Source of the DNA: an uncultured Acidobacteriaceae bacterium
GTDB lineage: Bacteria > Acidobacteriota > Terriglobia > Terriglobales > Acidobacteriaceae
Assembly: GCA_963787915.1 (NCBI GenBank)
Contig: CAWBEP010000017.1
Coordinates: forward strand, 34,439-98,438
DNA: 64,000 nt
Reading direction: 5' to 3'
Position numbers and translations under genes: made by a program
Part shown: positions 9,899 through 19,039 of the stretch, in pieces
How the letters are laid out: every line of letters begins with the position of its first letter
Position numbering within the stretch: position 1 is the stretch's first letter
The notes under the pieces: model-generated
Databases searched by the model: none
The model's input: only the letters and a program-made list of their open reading frames with translations
What the model was told of the DNA's origin: nothing

Positions 9899-10897
9899 CT
9901 ACTGCGGCGACTGCGCTGTCTGCTGGGCCTGCAGAAACTGATCGACGTTATTAGAATCGACGAGCGCCGAGCCGGTGTCGATAAACGCGGGAATGGGAGC
10001 AAAAGGATCGACCTCGTAATCCTTCGTGAGCGAGGGCAGCGGGTAATGATGCACGTCGTCGAGCATCTTTACTCCGACATACGCCATGGTAAAGGGCTTC
10101 TGCGCGACGGTGGCCGCGATCACGCCATCTTTCACCAGGTCGAGCGTGTCTTTATCCACATCCATGGCAATCACAACGCGATCTTTGGTATTACCGCGGC
10201 GCAGAACCTCGCCCACTTCCTTGCCGGCCGAGGCTTCGAGACATACGAATGCATCGACTCGATCCTTTCCAGTGAGTGGCAAAGACTGTTCCGTTCTGTC
10301 GAAGGCCACGGTACCCTGCCCGCGAATATCGACGACCTCCTGAATATGAATTCCGGGCGAATCCGCAAGCACGTCTTTGTATCCATTGAGCCTCTCGTCC
10401 AGATTCGGCTGTCCCGGCATTGTGTAAAAGATCACATTTCCCTTGCCGCCCAGCTTTTGTACAAGCGCATGCCCGCCGAGCCGTCCCGCCTGGCGATTGT
10501 TGGTGCCGATGAAGTAAAGACGCCGGCTGTTGGGTGCGTCGGAATCGACGGTGATGACAGGAATTCCGGCGTTGACTGCCGCGTCGATCTCCGGCTGCAG
10601 GAGCGTGGCATCCGAAACCGAAACCAGAATTCCAGCCGGCTTCATCGCCACCACCGAGCGGAACTCATCGACCTGCGCATGCGGATCGAAAGTTGTGGGA
10701 CCCCGCAGATCGGCGTGCACTCCATACTGCGCCGCGATCTTATCCAGTCCCGCCGATGCCGATTGCCAATATGGCAGCTTAATGTTGGAAGCAACGAGGT
10801 AATAATGCTCGGCGCCACTGTGTCGCGAGCATCCCCCCAGAGATGCCGCGCAGGCTGACGCCACAAGAATAGAAAGTATTCGGTTGGCCAACTTCAT
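9899..10897 (-). CDS. periplasmic sugar-binding lipoprotein (ABC substrate-binding, PBP1 type)
   Basis: ATG at 10895-10897 is preceded by AGGAGG. A lipobox (LGGC) is present and the sequence is PBP1-like. No permease or ATPase gene is adjacent. Confidence 0.7.
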   Translation of the reverse strand: MKLANRILSILVASACAASLGGCSRHSGAEHYYLVASNIKLPYWQSASAGLDKIAAQYGVHADLRGPTTFDPHAQVDEFRSVVAMKPAGILVSVSDATLLQPEIDAAVNAGIPVITVDSDAPNSRRLYFIGTNNRQAGRLGGHALVQKLGGKGNVIFYTMPGQPNLDERLNGYKDVLADSPGIHIQEVVDIRGQGTVAFDRTEQSLPLTGKDRVDAFVCLEASAGKEVGEVLRRGNTKDRVVIAMDVDKDTLDLVKDGVIAATVAQKPFTMAYVGVKMLDDVHHYPLPSLTKDYEVDPFAPIPAFIDTGSALVDSNNVDQFLQAQQTAQSPQ

Positions 10898-11201
10898 TTT
10901 GCACCTCCTGAACATGCACAATCACGGCGGGTTGTTCGTCCAGACCCGGTTTAGCCGGACAGGCGTTGAGGCCAGAATTCTACTCCCATGGGGAGCCTTT
11001 TTTGCGGGACTTCGCTGGATGGTTTGGAAGCAGTAGTGCTGGCCCTAAGCCACGGCAGAAAAATCTTTCAGCGGGGGCCTCCTCCAGGGGGGCTGTTTTT
11101 CTTCCCGGCGGCAGATGATCGATACGAGAACGGTAACCTCGAGAAGACGCGCGTGACGACCCGGATTATGGGGGCGGAGCAGCGGCAGCGGAAAGGACAG
11201 T

Positions 11202-11894
11202 CTATCCAGCCATTTCCTTCAAGTCCGGACTTATGAGAAGCCTCGGTTCCGTCGCCCGCTGCACCTCTTCAACCGTCACGCGGGGTGCAATTTCCTGGAG
11301 CAGCAGCCCGTCGGGCGTTACCCGAATCCAGGCCAGATCTGTAACGATCGTTTCGACGACGCGTACGCCGGTGAGGGGCAGCGTACATTTCTTCAGGATT
11401 TTCGGTGCACCATCTTTGGTGCAGTGCTCCATGGCGACGATGACGCGGCGCGCGCTGGCGACCAGATCCATAGCGCCGCCCATGCCTTTGACCATTTTGC
11501 CGGGGATCATCCAGTTGGCGAGAGTGCCTTCCTCGTCGACCTCCATCGCGCCCAGAACGCTCAAGTCAATATGGCCGCCGCGGATCATCGCGAAGGAATC
11601 GGCGCTCGAAAAATAGGCAGCCCCCGGCATTGCGGAGACCGTCTCCTTGCCGGCGTTGATGAGGTCCGGATCGACATCGGCATCCAGGGGATAGGGCCCC
11701 ACACCCAACAGGCCGTTTTCCGACTGCAACACGACTTCCATCCCGGGGGGAACGTGGTTCGCGACCAGGGTTGGGAGGCCGATGCCGAGGTTGACGTAGT
11801 AGCCATCGCGCAGTTCCCGGGAAACGCGCTTTACGATGCGTTCGCGCCTGGCAGCAGCCGCGCTGGCCTCCGAATTCGATACAGTAGTCATCAC
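11202..11894 (-). CDS. scoB: 3-oxoacid CoA-transferase subunit B
   Basis: Motifs [27 protein letters not shown] and SENGLLG (the catalytic Glu region) are typical of ScoB/AtoA. Confidence 0.85.
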   Translation of the reverse strand: MMTTVSNSEASAAAARRERIVKRVSRELRDGYYVNLGIGLPTLVANHVPPGMEVVLQSENGLLGVGPYPLDADVDPDLINAGKETVSAMPGAAYFSSADSFAMIRGGHIDLSVLGAMEVDEEGTLANWMIPGKMVKGMGGAMDLVASARRVIVAMEHCTKDGAPKILKKCTLPLTGVRVVETIVTDLAWIRVTPDGLLLQEIAPRVTVEEVQRATEPRLLISPDLKEMAG

Positions 11895-11900
11895 TGGCTC

Positions 11901-12203
11901 ATGCAGTACGCCGTCTTCAATATACGGGCACGCTCGCTGCTGCGGGGAACCATCCTGGTGCTTTTAAGCGTGGTGCTTGCACTCGTGTGGGCGGGATTTC
12001 CAAATGTTCACGCATCGCCGCTGCTGCTGATCCCGGCCTGTCTCGGCATATTCGGCACCTGGGAAACCAGCCGCTGCCTGCGCCCGCGCTGGAGCTTTTA
12101 CCACGGAGCCGTCATGCTGCTTCTGTACGCAGACGTGCTGGCGCTCGCCCTGATCCTGTTCCTGCTGTTTTACCCGTATGCGAGATGGCTGCAGGGGCAG
12201 TAA
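11901..12203 (+). CDS. small hypothetical membrane protein (3 predicted TM)
   Basis: The ATG at 11901 opens a 100-aa hydrophobic ORF. No Shine-Dalgarno motif is visible, and the start lies only 6 nt from the divergent scoB start. Confidence 0.35.
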   Translation: MQYAVFNIRARSLLRGTILVLLSVVLALVWAGFPNVHASPLLLIPACLGIFGTWETSRCLRPRWSFYHGAVMLLLYADVLALALILFLLFYPYARWLQGQ

Positions 12204-12352
12204 GGATAGGTTAGAGCGTTCAGATTACAAGTAACAGGTTACCGGGTTACAGGGGCGGCTAGATTCGCGGCGACCCTACGGCAACAATTCGTCCACAAAT
12301 TAATGACAGGTCAACTTATTTGATGATATAGGGTCTGCGGAGGAAAAAGCTC

Positions 12353-13696
12353 ATGAATTCAGCAACACAAAGCCGCATCGCAGCGCTCGGAATCCTGTTC
12401 CTCGGCGGAGCATTTCAACCACTGTCCGCCCAGATAGCTGCAACTGCGTTGACAACCACAGCGGCAGGTCAAACCGTTTATGCCGGTAGCTGCGGAGCTC
12501 CTAACAAGAGCACCATATCCCTGGCTGTTGCAGCGGTGGCGACAGGCGGCACAGTGAAGGTCTGCCCGGGAACTTATCCTGAGCAGGTTGTCATCACCAG
12601 GAATCTCACGCTGATCGGCGTCCAAAGTGGAACCGCCGACGCGGCTGTTATTACCTCGCCAACTGGCGGCGTAGTGCAAAATTCGAATGACACTTATCCG
12701 GGAGCCTTCCCGGTCGCTGCCCAGGTGCTGGTGCAAAACGCCAACGTGAACATCAGCAATATCACGGTGGACGGAACCGGGAACCTGGTTACCACTTGTG
12801 GGCTGGATCTGAGGGGCATTTATTATCAGAACGCCTCCGGAATCCTAAACCAGGTTGCAACCCGAAATCAGATTCTGCCTCCGGGATACACAGGCTGCCA
12901 ATCGGGCCAAGGCATCTTCGTCCAAAGCGGTTACTCAACCGGAACGGCAAGGGTAACCATTGAGAACAGCAGCGTCAGCTCCTTCGACAAGAACGGCATC
13001 ACGATCGATGGACCCGGAGCCGGCGGAAACATCGTGAGCAACTTCATCGCGGGTGTTGGTCCCACAACGGGCGCTGCGGAGAACGGAATCCAAATCAGCG
13101 ACGGAGCCGGCGCAACAATACAGGGCAATGTGGTCATGGACGAAATCTGGGCGCCGGACACCTCTTCCCAGCCTTACAATGCCGCCTCCGGCATCCTTAT
13201 TTATGCCTCCCAAAATGTGGTGGTTCAGAACAACATTGTGGGCTCAACACAATACGGCATCGTCGCGGATTCCGATTCCACGTCGGGCGTGCCGGATAAC
13301 CCCCTGGGTCTGGCCGACCACACCGTCATCGCCAACAACCTGGTGCAAAACACGCAAATTTTCGATGCCATAGACGTTTGCAGCAACAATAACGTCGTCG
13401 AGGGCAACACCATCTTCAACGCTACCGAATCCGGCATTCACCTCGACAGCACTTGCGGCAATACTGGAACGAAGAACACAGTCTTCCTCAACACGATCAA
13501 TGAGTCATGCGCTGGAATCCTGGAAGGTTCCACGACCGGCAACTCCATCCTTAGCACCAGCTTCTCGAATGTTGTTTCGACGACCGTTTCCGGTAACGTC
13601 TGCACCGTGCCCGCCCCCGCAGCGATCGTCGCCGCTGTTAGCGCGGCAAATGTCGCGAACTCGGGGGCAGCCGTCCATCCAACGCCGGTACGATAA
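12353..13696 (+). CDS. secreted right-handed parallel beta-helix repeat protein
   Basis: Signal peptide ...LGILFLGGAFQPLSAQ. Repeated NxxI/V-G-type beta-helix rungs are present. GGAGGA precedes the ATG. Confidence 0.7.
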   Translation: MNSATQSRIAALGILFLGGAFQPLSAQIAATALTTTAAGQTVYAGSCGAPNKSTISLAVAAVATGGTVKVCPGTYPEQVVITRNLTLIGVQSGTADAAVITSPTGGVVQNSNDTYPGAFPVAAQVLVQNANVNISNITVDGTGNLVTTCGLDLRGIYYQNASGILNQVATRNQILPPGYTGCQSGQGIFVQSGYSTGTARVTIENSSVSSFDKNGITIDGPGAGGNIVSNFIAGVGPTTGAAENGIQISDGAGATIQGNVVMDEIWAPDTSSQPYNAASGILIYASQNVVVQNNIVGSTQYGIVADSDSTSGVPDNPLGLADHTVIANNLVQNTQIFDAIDVCSNNNVVEGNTIFNATESGIHLDSTCGNTGTKNTVFLNTINESCAGILEGSTTGNSILSTSFSNVVSTTVSGNVCTVPAPAAIVAAVSAANVANSGAAVHPTPVR

Positions 13697-13708
13697 ACGC
13701 TGAGACCG

Positions 13709-13748
13709 CCCAGGGAGAGGAACCGACCCTAAGGGTCCCTCTTCCTGG
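13709..13748. terminator. bidirectional terminator-like hairpin between convergent genes
   Basis: CCAGGGAGAGG..GACCC-taa-GGGTC-CCTCTTCCTGG forms an imperfect long stem in the 118-nt convergent gap. There is no strong T-run. Confidence 0.4.
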
Positions 13749-13814
13749 CGTGATTTCGCGTTCAATTCTTCAGGCCGGGTGTTGCAGCGAGCCGCCGCGG
13801 CTTCTCGAGGCTTG

Positions 13815-14870
13815 CTAGCTGGCGACGGCTGTCTCCAGCTGCTGCAGCGATTCGGCGTACGGTGGCCGCAAGACGCCCCGTTCAGTAATGATGGCGGTGA
13901 CGTATTTGGCCGGCGTGACATCGAAGGCGGGGTTTTCAATGCCGACGCCATGCGGGGTCAGCTGCTTACCGGCGTGGTGGGTCACCTCGACCTCAGCGCG
14001 CTGCTCGATCGGAATGGAATCGCCGGTCGGCGTCCTCAGGTCGATTGTCGACCAGGGTGCGGCTACGAAGAAGGGGATTCCATGCTCCCTGGCCAGCACG
14101 GCAACGCCATAGGTACCGATCTTGTTGGCGACATCGCCGTTGGCTGCGATGCGATCCGCGCCCACGATAACCGCCTGGATTTTGCCCTGGCGCATGAGGC
14201 TGGCAGCCATGTTGTCGCAGAGCACGGTTGTCGGTATGCCGTCGTGCATCAGCTCCCAGGCAGTGAGCCGCGCGCCCTGGAGGAACGGGCGCGTTTCGTC
14301 GGCATAAACATGGATTTCGTGACCCTGCTCGACCGCAGTGCGGATCACGCCAAGTGCTGTGCCGTAACCGCAGGTGGCCAGCGCGCCGGCATTGCAGTGG
14401 GTGAGCACGCCACCCTGGCGAGGGAGCATACCGGCCCCAAAGGCTCCCATACGGCGGCACGCGGCGATGTCCTCGTCGTACATGCGCTGGGCTTCGGTGA
14501 TCAGCTCTTTCGAGATGCTATCGGGAGTCGCACCCGTCTGCGCGGCCAGCTCAGTAAACCGGCTCTTCATTCGCTCGATGGCCCAAAAGAGGTTCACAGC
14601 CGTTGGCCGCGTCGACGCCAGGGTGCGGCACATGGTCTGAAAATCGGCTGTTAGGGCCGTAACCGTGGTTGCGCGGCTGGTTTTTATGCCCAGAGCCAGA
14701 CCCATGGCGGCAGAAACGCCGATGGCGGGTGCGCCACGGACCACCATGCGCGTAATGACCTCCGCCACCTGCTGATAGCTGGTGGCCAGGACGTAGGTCT
14801 CCTCGAGCGGTAGTTTGGTCTGGTCGAGGAAGCGGATGCCTTCCGGAGTCCATTCGAGAGTAGGAATCAT
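13815..14870 (-). CDS. mtnA: S-methyl-5-thioribose-1-phosphate isomerase
   Basis: eIF-2B alpha/beta/delta-family sequence. N-terminus MIPTLEWTPEGIRFLDQTKLPLEE starts at the ATG at 14868-14870. The listed ORF starts at a TTG at 14930. Confidence 0.85.
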   Translation of the reverse strand: MIPTLEWTPEGIRFLDQTKLPLEETYVLATSYQQVAEVITRMVVRGAPAIGVSAAMGLALGIKTSRATTVTALTADFQTMCRTLASTRPTAVNLFWAIERMKSRFTELAAQTGATPDSISKELITEAQRMYDEDIAACRRMGAFGAGMLPRQGGVLTHCNAGALATCGYGTALGVIRTAVEQGHEIHVYADETRPFLQGARLTAWELMHDGIPTTVLCDNMAASLMRQGKIQAVIVGADRIAANGDVANKIGTYGVAVLAREHGIPFFVAAPWSTIDLRTPTGDSIPIEQRAEVEVTHHAGKQLTPHGVGIENPAFDVTPAKYVTAIITERGVLRPPYAESLQQLETAVAS

Positions 14871-15051
14871 TCCTTTCAGTGTAAATGCGCCGGCGGCCTG
14901 GCGAACGATAGTCGTATCACTGTTCGGCAACCTTAGAGCTATTTGCGGGTTCCATAAAGAGTAGTAATCTGCGATTTCTATCCGGTTTGCCGCAACAGAG
15001 TCTGGGCCAACCGGCGATCTACATCGCCAGGCAGTGGGGTCAAATACACGA

Positions 15052-15306
15052 ATGCGGTCAGCCTACTTAGTAAACCGGACCAAAGCAAAATTGCCATGCC
15101 CCCAATGCCATCAGGAAGAGATGGCCCGCATCGCTCGGCGCGGCTTTCTCCGTGAGCGCATTCTCCCGCTGCTGGGAATCTTTCCCTGGCAATGCGCCAT
15201 ATGCGGTTACGAATCCATGGTGCGTGACCGAGGCCGTTTTGGCAGTGACACCGATGCTCCCCGAGGTCAATCGCAGACGGGCCGCGAAGGCCTGTCGACG
15301 CGCTAG
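15052..15306 (+). CDS. small Cys4 zinc-ribbon protein (hypothetical)
   Basis: CPQC...(27 aa)...CAICG with RRGFLERIL-type spacer, resembling small CxxC-RRG-CxxC proteins common in Acidobacteria and Deltaproteobacteria. Confidence 0.4.
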   Translation: MRSAYLVNRTKAKLPCPQCHQEEMARIARRGFLRERILPLLGIFPWQCAICGYESMVRDRGRFGSDTDAPRGQSQTGREGLSTR

Positions 15307-15320
15307 CGGCTTTCAACCCG

Positions 15321-16196
15321 TCATTGAACCGGCAGGGAGAATTTACGCTCGATCTCTGCTGCCGCGGCCTGCAATGCATCAAGGGGTTTGAGGCGCCGCA
15401 ACTCCGCTCCGAGGCGGGCGAGCTCGGCCAGGGCAACTTCGGTGGGGATATTGCCGACCAGTGCGTCCTGCGCAAAAGGACAGCCCCCGAAACCTCCTAT
15501 TGCCATGTCGAAGCGCCGGCAACCGGCTTTCCATGCGGCAACAATGCGCTGAGCGGCGTCGTCGGGACGCGCGTGAAGGTGTACCCCGACCTCGACGTTT
15601 TCATCCACGGAAGCGAGCACAGCGGTGACGAGCTCACCGATCTGCGACGGAGTCGCCAATCCGACGGTGTCGGCCAGGGAGATTTGCGTAATACCGGAAT
15701 CGGTGAGCAGATCGCAGGCGGCCACCACTTCGTCCAGGCCCCACGGGTCGCCGTAGGGATTGCCGAATGCCATAGAGATGTAAGCCACCACTCCCAAGCC
15801 TGCCTGGAAGGCAGTCTGGCCGACGGCTTCGAGGGCGTCCAGCGACTCCTCAGGAGTTTGGTGCTGATTACGCCGCAGAAACTCAGGTGAGATGGAATAA
15901 GGAAATCCCAGCGTGGCGACGGCGCCGGTATCGACGGCCCGAGCGGCACCCTGCTGATTCACGACAATTCCGATGATCTCGACCTCCGGCGGGGGATCGA
16001 GAAAACCGAGTACCTGTTCGGCATCCGCCATTTGGGGCACCGCTTTTGGCGAAACAAAGGAAACTGCGTCGATATGGCGGAAGCCGGCATCCAGGAGCGT
16101 GCGGAGATAGTCTGCTTTGACTTCTGCAGGAATGGGCTTGGGCAGTCCCTGCCAGGCATCGCGGGGGCATTCGATAATCTTGACGGCTGAGGTCAT
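15321..16196 (-). CDS. hydroxymethylglutaryl-CoA lyase (HMGL-like TIM barrel)
   Basis: N-terminus MTSAVKIIECPRDAWQG..., plus the metal-ligand region HLHA. The ATG at 16194-16196 overlaps the upstream stop (ATGA). Confidence 0.75.
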   Translation of the reverse strand: MTSAVKIIECPRDAWQGLPKPIPAEVKADYLRTLLDAGFRHIDAVSFVSPKAVPQMADAEQVLGFLDPPPEVEIIGIVVNQQGAARAVDTGAVATLGFPYSISPEFLRRNQHQTPEESLDALEAVGQTAFQAGLGVVAYISMAFGNPYGDPWGLDEVVAACDLLTDSGITQISLADTVGLATPSQIGELVTAVLASVDENVEVGVHLHARPDDAAQRIVAAWKAGCRRFDMAIGGFGGCPFAQDALVGNIPTEVALAELARLGAELRRLKPLDALQAAAAEIERKFSLPVQ

Positions 16197-16609
16197 GGCA
16201 GCAGCGCGTAACGCCAACGCAGCGTAAAGTCGGCGCAGAGCAGCAAGCCGTAGGGTATCAGGGCGAAGGCCGCCCAGTGACGCCAACGCGGCAATACCAG
16301 CGTGGATACAAAGACACCGGTTGCGGCAAGAGTAGCGGCGGAGTTCCAGCGGGCGACCCACTGGCAGGTGGAGACCTCAAGGGCAAAAAGGTCGTCCCAC
16401 GTGCCATGGGGCGGCAAATGGAAAAAGACCGGGCGCTTCGCGGGAAGACCGTGCAACCACAGCGCGACGGTCACCGCGCAAAAAATCAGCGAAGGCACGG
16501 ACGCAGCTACCAGCGGCGTCAGCACAAGAAAAAAAGAACGTTCCGGGCGAAATCGGCGGATGACGTCAAACATTGCGCTCGATGCCTTGGATGCACAATT
16601 CCTTTGCAA
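16193..16609 (-). CDS. hypothetical membrane protein
   Basis: Four hydrophobic segments. Its stop overlaps the HMG-CoA lyase start by 4 nt. Confidence 0.5.
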   Translation of the reverse strand: MQRNCASKASSAMFDVIRRFRPERSFFLVLTPLVAASVPSLIFCAVTVALWLHGLPAKRPVFFHLPPHGTWDDLFALEVSTCQWVARWNSAATLAATGVFVSTLVLPRWRHWAAFALIPYGLLLCADFTLRWRYALLP

Positions 16610-16677
16610 GTGGTGGTCTCAGCATCCGGTAGTAATCCTCCGGGCTGCAGCGGTTATCCTGGGCTTTCCCGAACACC

Positions 16678-17082
16678 TCATTGGGGCATTTGTCCGAGCC
16701 AGGCGAGGATGACGACGAGCAGCAACCCCGTGAAATGCGCCATCAGCCCGATGATGAAGGCACGAAGATGCCTGCCCGCTCGAAAGGTGAACGTCATGAG
16801 CACCCCGTAAAGAGGGAACTGCAGATACAGCATGTATTCGTAAGCGTGGCCGACCAGGTCGGCTGGAGAGTGGAGGACCCGGCTGCGAAGGACGTCGACC
16901 CAGGGATAAAGCAGGGCGAATGCCCGCGGCCCTTCCAGAGCCATGAGGCTGGCAGCGCGGACTGCGAAGGGGGTGATGATGATGCCAATGAGCAAGGGCC
17001 AGAGAGCTGTCCACCAGCCCTGAGCGCGGTTCTTCCTCACGCCGCGCTTTTTGCGCGACGAGATCGCAGTGGTGGAGGGCAT
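16678..17082 (-). CDS. hypothetical membrane protein
   Basis: 134-aa ORF with a basic N-terminus followed by 4 hydrophobic segments. It is co-directional between the carboxyltransferase and lyase genes. Confidence 0.5.
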   Translation of the reverse strand: MPSTTAISSRKKRGVRKNRAQGWWTALWPLLIGIIITPFAVRAASLMALEGPRAFALLYPWVDVLRSRVLHSPADLVGHAYEYMLYLQFPLYGVLMTFTFRAGRHLRAFIIGLMAHFTGLLLVVILAWLGQMPQ

Positions 17083-17152
17083 AATCCAAGGATACTCCCG
17101 CAGTCAATGAGGATATCGGCCGCGGAGGATACCTGATCTAAGTTTTCCTGCA

Positions 17153-18880
17153 TCAGGTTTGCAGAATGCCCGGATTGAATTTGGGAATGTCCGGGTTGAG
17201 CGCGACGGCCTCAAGAGCCATCACCAGTGCCTCCCGAGTCTGGGCTGGATGAAGAATGGCATCCACCCACAGGCGCGCGGCAGCGTACCGGCAATCGGTT
17301 TGCGCGTCATAAGCGGCCTTGATTGTGGTCACGAGGTCCTGCTTTTCCTGGTCGCTCAACTGTCGACCGCCACGTTCCAGCTGGCGGATGCGAATTTCGA
17401 CGAGTGTATTGGCGGCCGAATCGCCGCTCATCACGGCATAGCGCGCCGTCGGCCACGCGAAGATGAAGCGAGGATCGTAGGCCTTGCCGCACATCGCGTA
17501 ATTGCCCGCACCGAAAGAGCCGCCGATGATGACGGAGATTTTCGGGACAACCGAGTTCGACACAGCGGTCACCATCTTGGCCCCCGAACGGATAATGCCA
17601 CTCCACTCTGCGTCGCGGCCTACCATGAAGCCGTTGACGTCGTGAAGAAAGATCAGGGGAATCAGGTTCTGATTGCAGTCCATGATGAAGCGCGCAGCTT
17701 TGTCGGCGCTCTCGGCGTAGATAACCCCGCCAAATTCGACGCGCTTTTCGCCGGCAGGGCTGGTTTGTGGCTGGGATGTCTTCTGGTTCGCGACGATGCC
17801 GACGGCGTAGCCCCCAATGCGGGCATACCCGCAGAGGAGGGTGCGTCCATATCCCGGCCGATACTCTTCAAACTCGCTGCGGTCCGCGATACGAGCGATG
17901 ACCTCGTGCATGTCGTAGCTGTTGGCGGCTGCCCTTGCGGGATCGGGATCGAGCAGCGCGTTCAAATCTGCTGCGGGGAAGCGGGGCGCGTCTTTGATCG
18001 AATCAAAAGGACTGCGGTCGAAGGGTGCGTGCAAGGGGTGGCCCCACTTGGCGACCAGCGAACGCAGGCGCGCAATGCAGAGATGGTCGTTGGGCTCTTT
18101 GAAATCCACGGTGCCGGAAATCTCCGCATGCATGGTGGCCCCGCCCAACTCTTCAGCGGAATATTTCTGCCCGATCGCCGCCTGGACAAGCGCGGGTCCA
18201 GCCAAAAACAGGCCGCTGCCTTCGGTCATCAGGACCTGATCGGTCATGACCGGCAGATAGGCTCCTCCTGCGACACACATGCCCATGATGGCCGTGATCT
18301 GCGGAATCCCGGAAGCGGACATAACGGCGTTATTGCGGAAGATGCGCCCGAAGTCATCCTGGTCGGGAAAGACATCTTCCTGCAGCGGCAGAAAGATGCC
18401 GGAGGAATCGACCAGGTAGAGCGTGGGGATGCGGTTCTCCATGGCAATATGCTGCGCGCGAAGTACTTTCTTCGCGGTCATGGGGAAGAAGGCGCCGGCT
18501 TTTACGGTGGCGTCGTTCGCGACGATCATGCAGAGACGGCCGGCGACCCGGCCGAGGCCGGTGATCACTCCCGCGCTGGGCGCCCCACCCCACTCTTCAT
18601 ACATGCCGAATGCGGCGAAGAGGCTGAGTTCGAACAGCGTCGTTCCCGGATCGAGCAGCAAGTCGATGCGCTCGCGTGCCGTCAGTCGCTGCTTTGCACG
18701 CTGGGCTTCGATGGCTTTGGCGCCGCCGCCCTGGCGGATTTCAGCCTCCTGTTCATGAATGAGGGCAAGAAGCGCCGACATCTTCCGGGCATGGCTCTGC
18801 GCCCGTGGCTGCTTCGTATCGATCTTCGAGACAAGTTGATTCTTCAGGTCTGGCAAATTGGGTCGCTTCAGGTCATTCAT
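17153..18880 (-). CDS. methylcrotonyl-CoA carboxylase beta subunit (carboxyltransferase)
   Basis: Motifs CMIVANDATVKAGAFFP, LYLVDSSGIFLPLQEDVFPD and GMCVAGGAYLP match the acyl-CoA carboxyltransferase / MCCase-beta pattern. Start is the ATG at 18878-18880 (MNDLKRP). Confidence 0.85.
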   Translation of the reverse strand: MNDLKRPNLPDLKNQLVSKIDTKQPRAQSHARKMSALLALIHEQEAEIRQGGGAKAIEAQRAKQRLTARERIDLLLDPGTTLFELSLFAAFGMYEEWGGAPSAGVITGLGRVAGRLCMIVANDATVKAGAFFPMTAKKVLRAQHIAMENRIPTLYLVDSSGIFLPLQEDVFPDQDDFGRIFRNNAVMSASGIPQITAIMGMCVAGGAYLPVMTDQVLMTEGSGLFLAGPALVQAAIGQKYSAEELGGATMHAEISGTVDFKEPNDHLCIARLRSLVAKWGHPLHAPFDRSPFDSIKDAPRFPAADLNALLDPDPARAAANSYDMHEVIARIADRSEFEEYRPGYGRTLLCGYARIGGYAVGIVANQKTSQPQTSPAGEKRVEFGGVIYAESADKAARFIMDCNQNLIPLIFLHDVNGFMVGRDAEWSGIIRSGAKMVTAVSNSVVPKISVIIGGSFGAGNYAMCGKAYDPRFIFAWPTARYAVMSGDSAANTLVEIRIRQLERGGRQLSDQEKQDLVTTIKAAYDAQTDCRYAAARLWVDAILHPAQTREALVMALEAVALNPDIPKFNPGILQT

Positions 18881-19039
18881 CGGAAGGGGATGAGGAACAA
18901 AACTCGCCAGCATACCACGCCTAATCGATATCGGACAGGAATGCAGGGAGAGTAAGGAGGCGGCGGGATGACGCCGCAAAAAGAAAGGGCCGCCGAAGCG
19001 GCCCAGAGGTGAGAGTCTGATCTCCGCGTGAACGCGGGA

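Noticed and set aside
10922-11201. A 280-nt gap with G-rich strings (gcgggggcctcctccaggggggctg) that looked like a possible structured RNA or terminator.
   Set aside because: The apparent arms are not complementary when written out. The listed 82-aa ORF 10988..11236 is low-complexity and overlaps the scoB 3' end.
17159-18955. 598-aa ORF on the plus strand, one of the longest in the track.
   Set aside because: It is entirely antisense to the carboxyltransferase gene, which has unmistakable family motifs. Its translation is Arg/Gly/Ala/His-rich with no motif, which is the typical high-GC shadow ORF. The same reasoning applies to 56091..57392(-), 51110..52348(+), 53003..54256(+), 30701..32026(+), 25395..26648(+), 46729..47847(-), 21782..22969(+), 20435..21388(+), 39744..41225(+), 60396..61496(+) and the many shorter ones.
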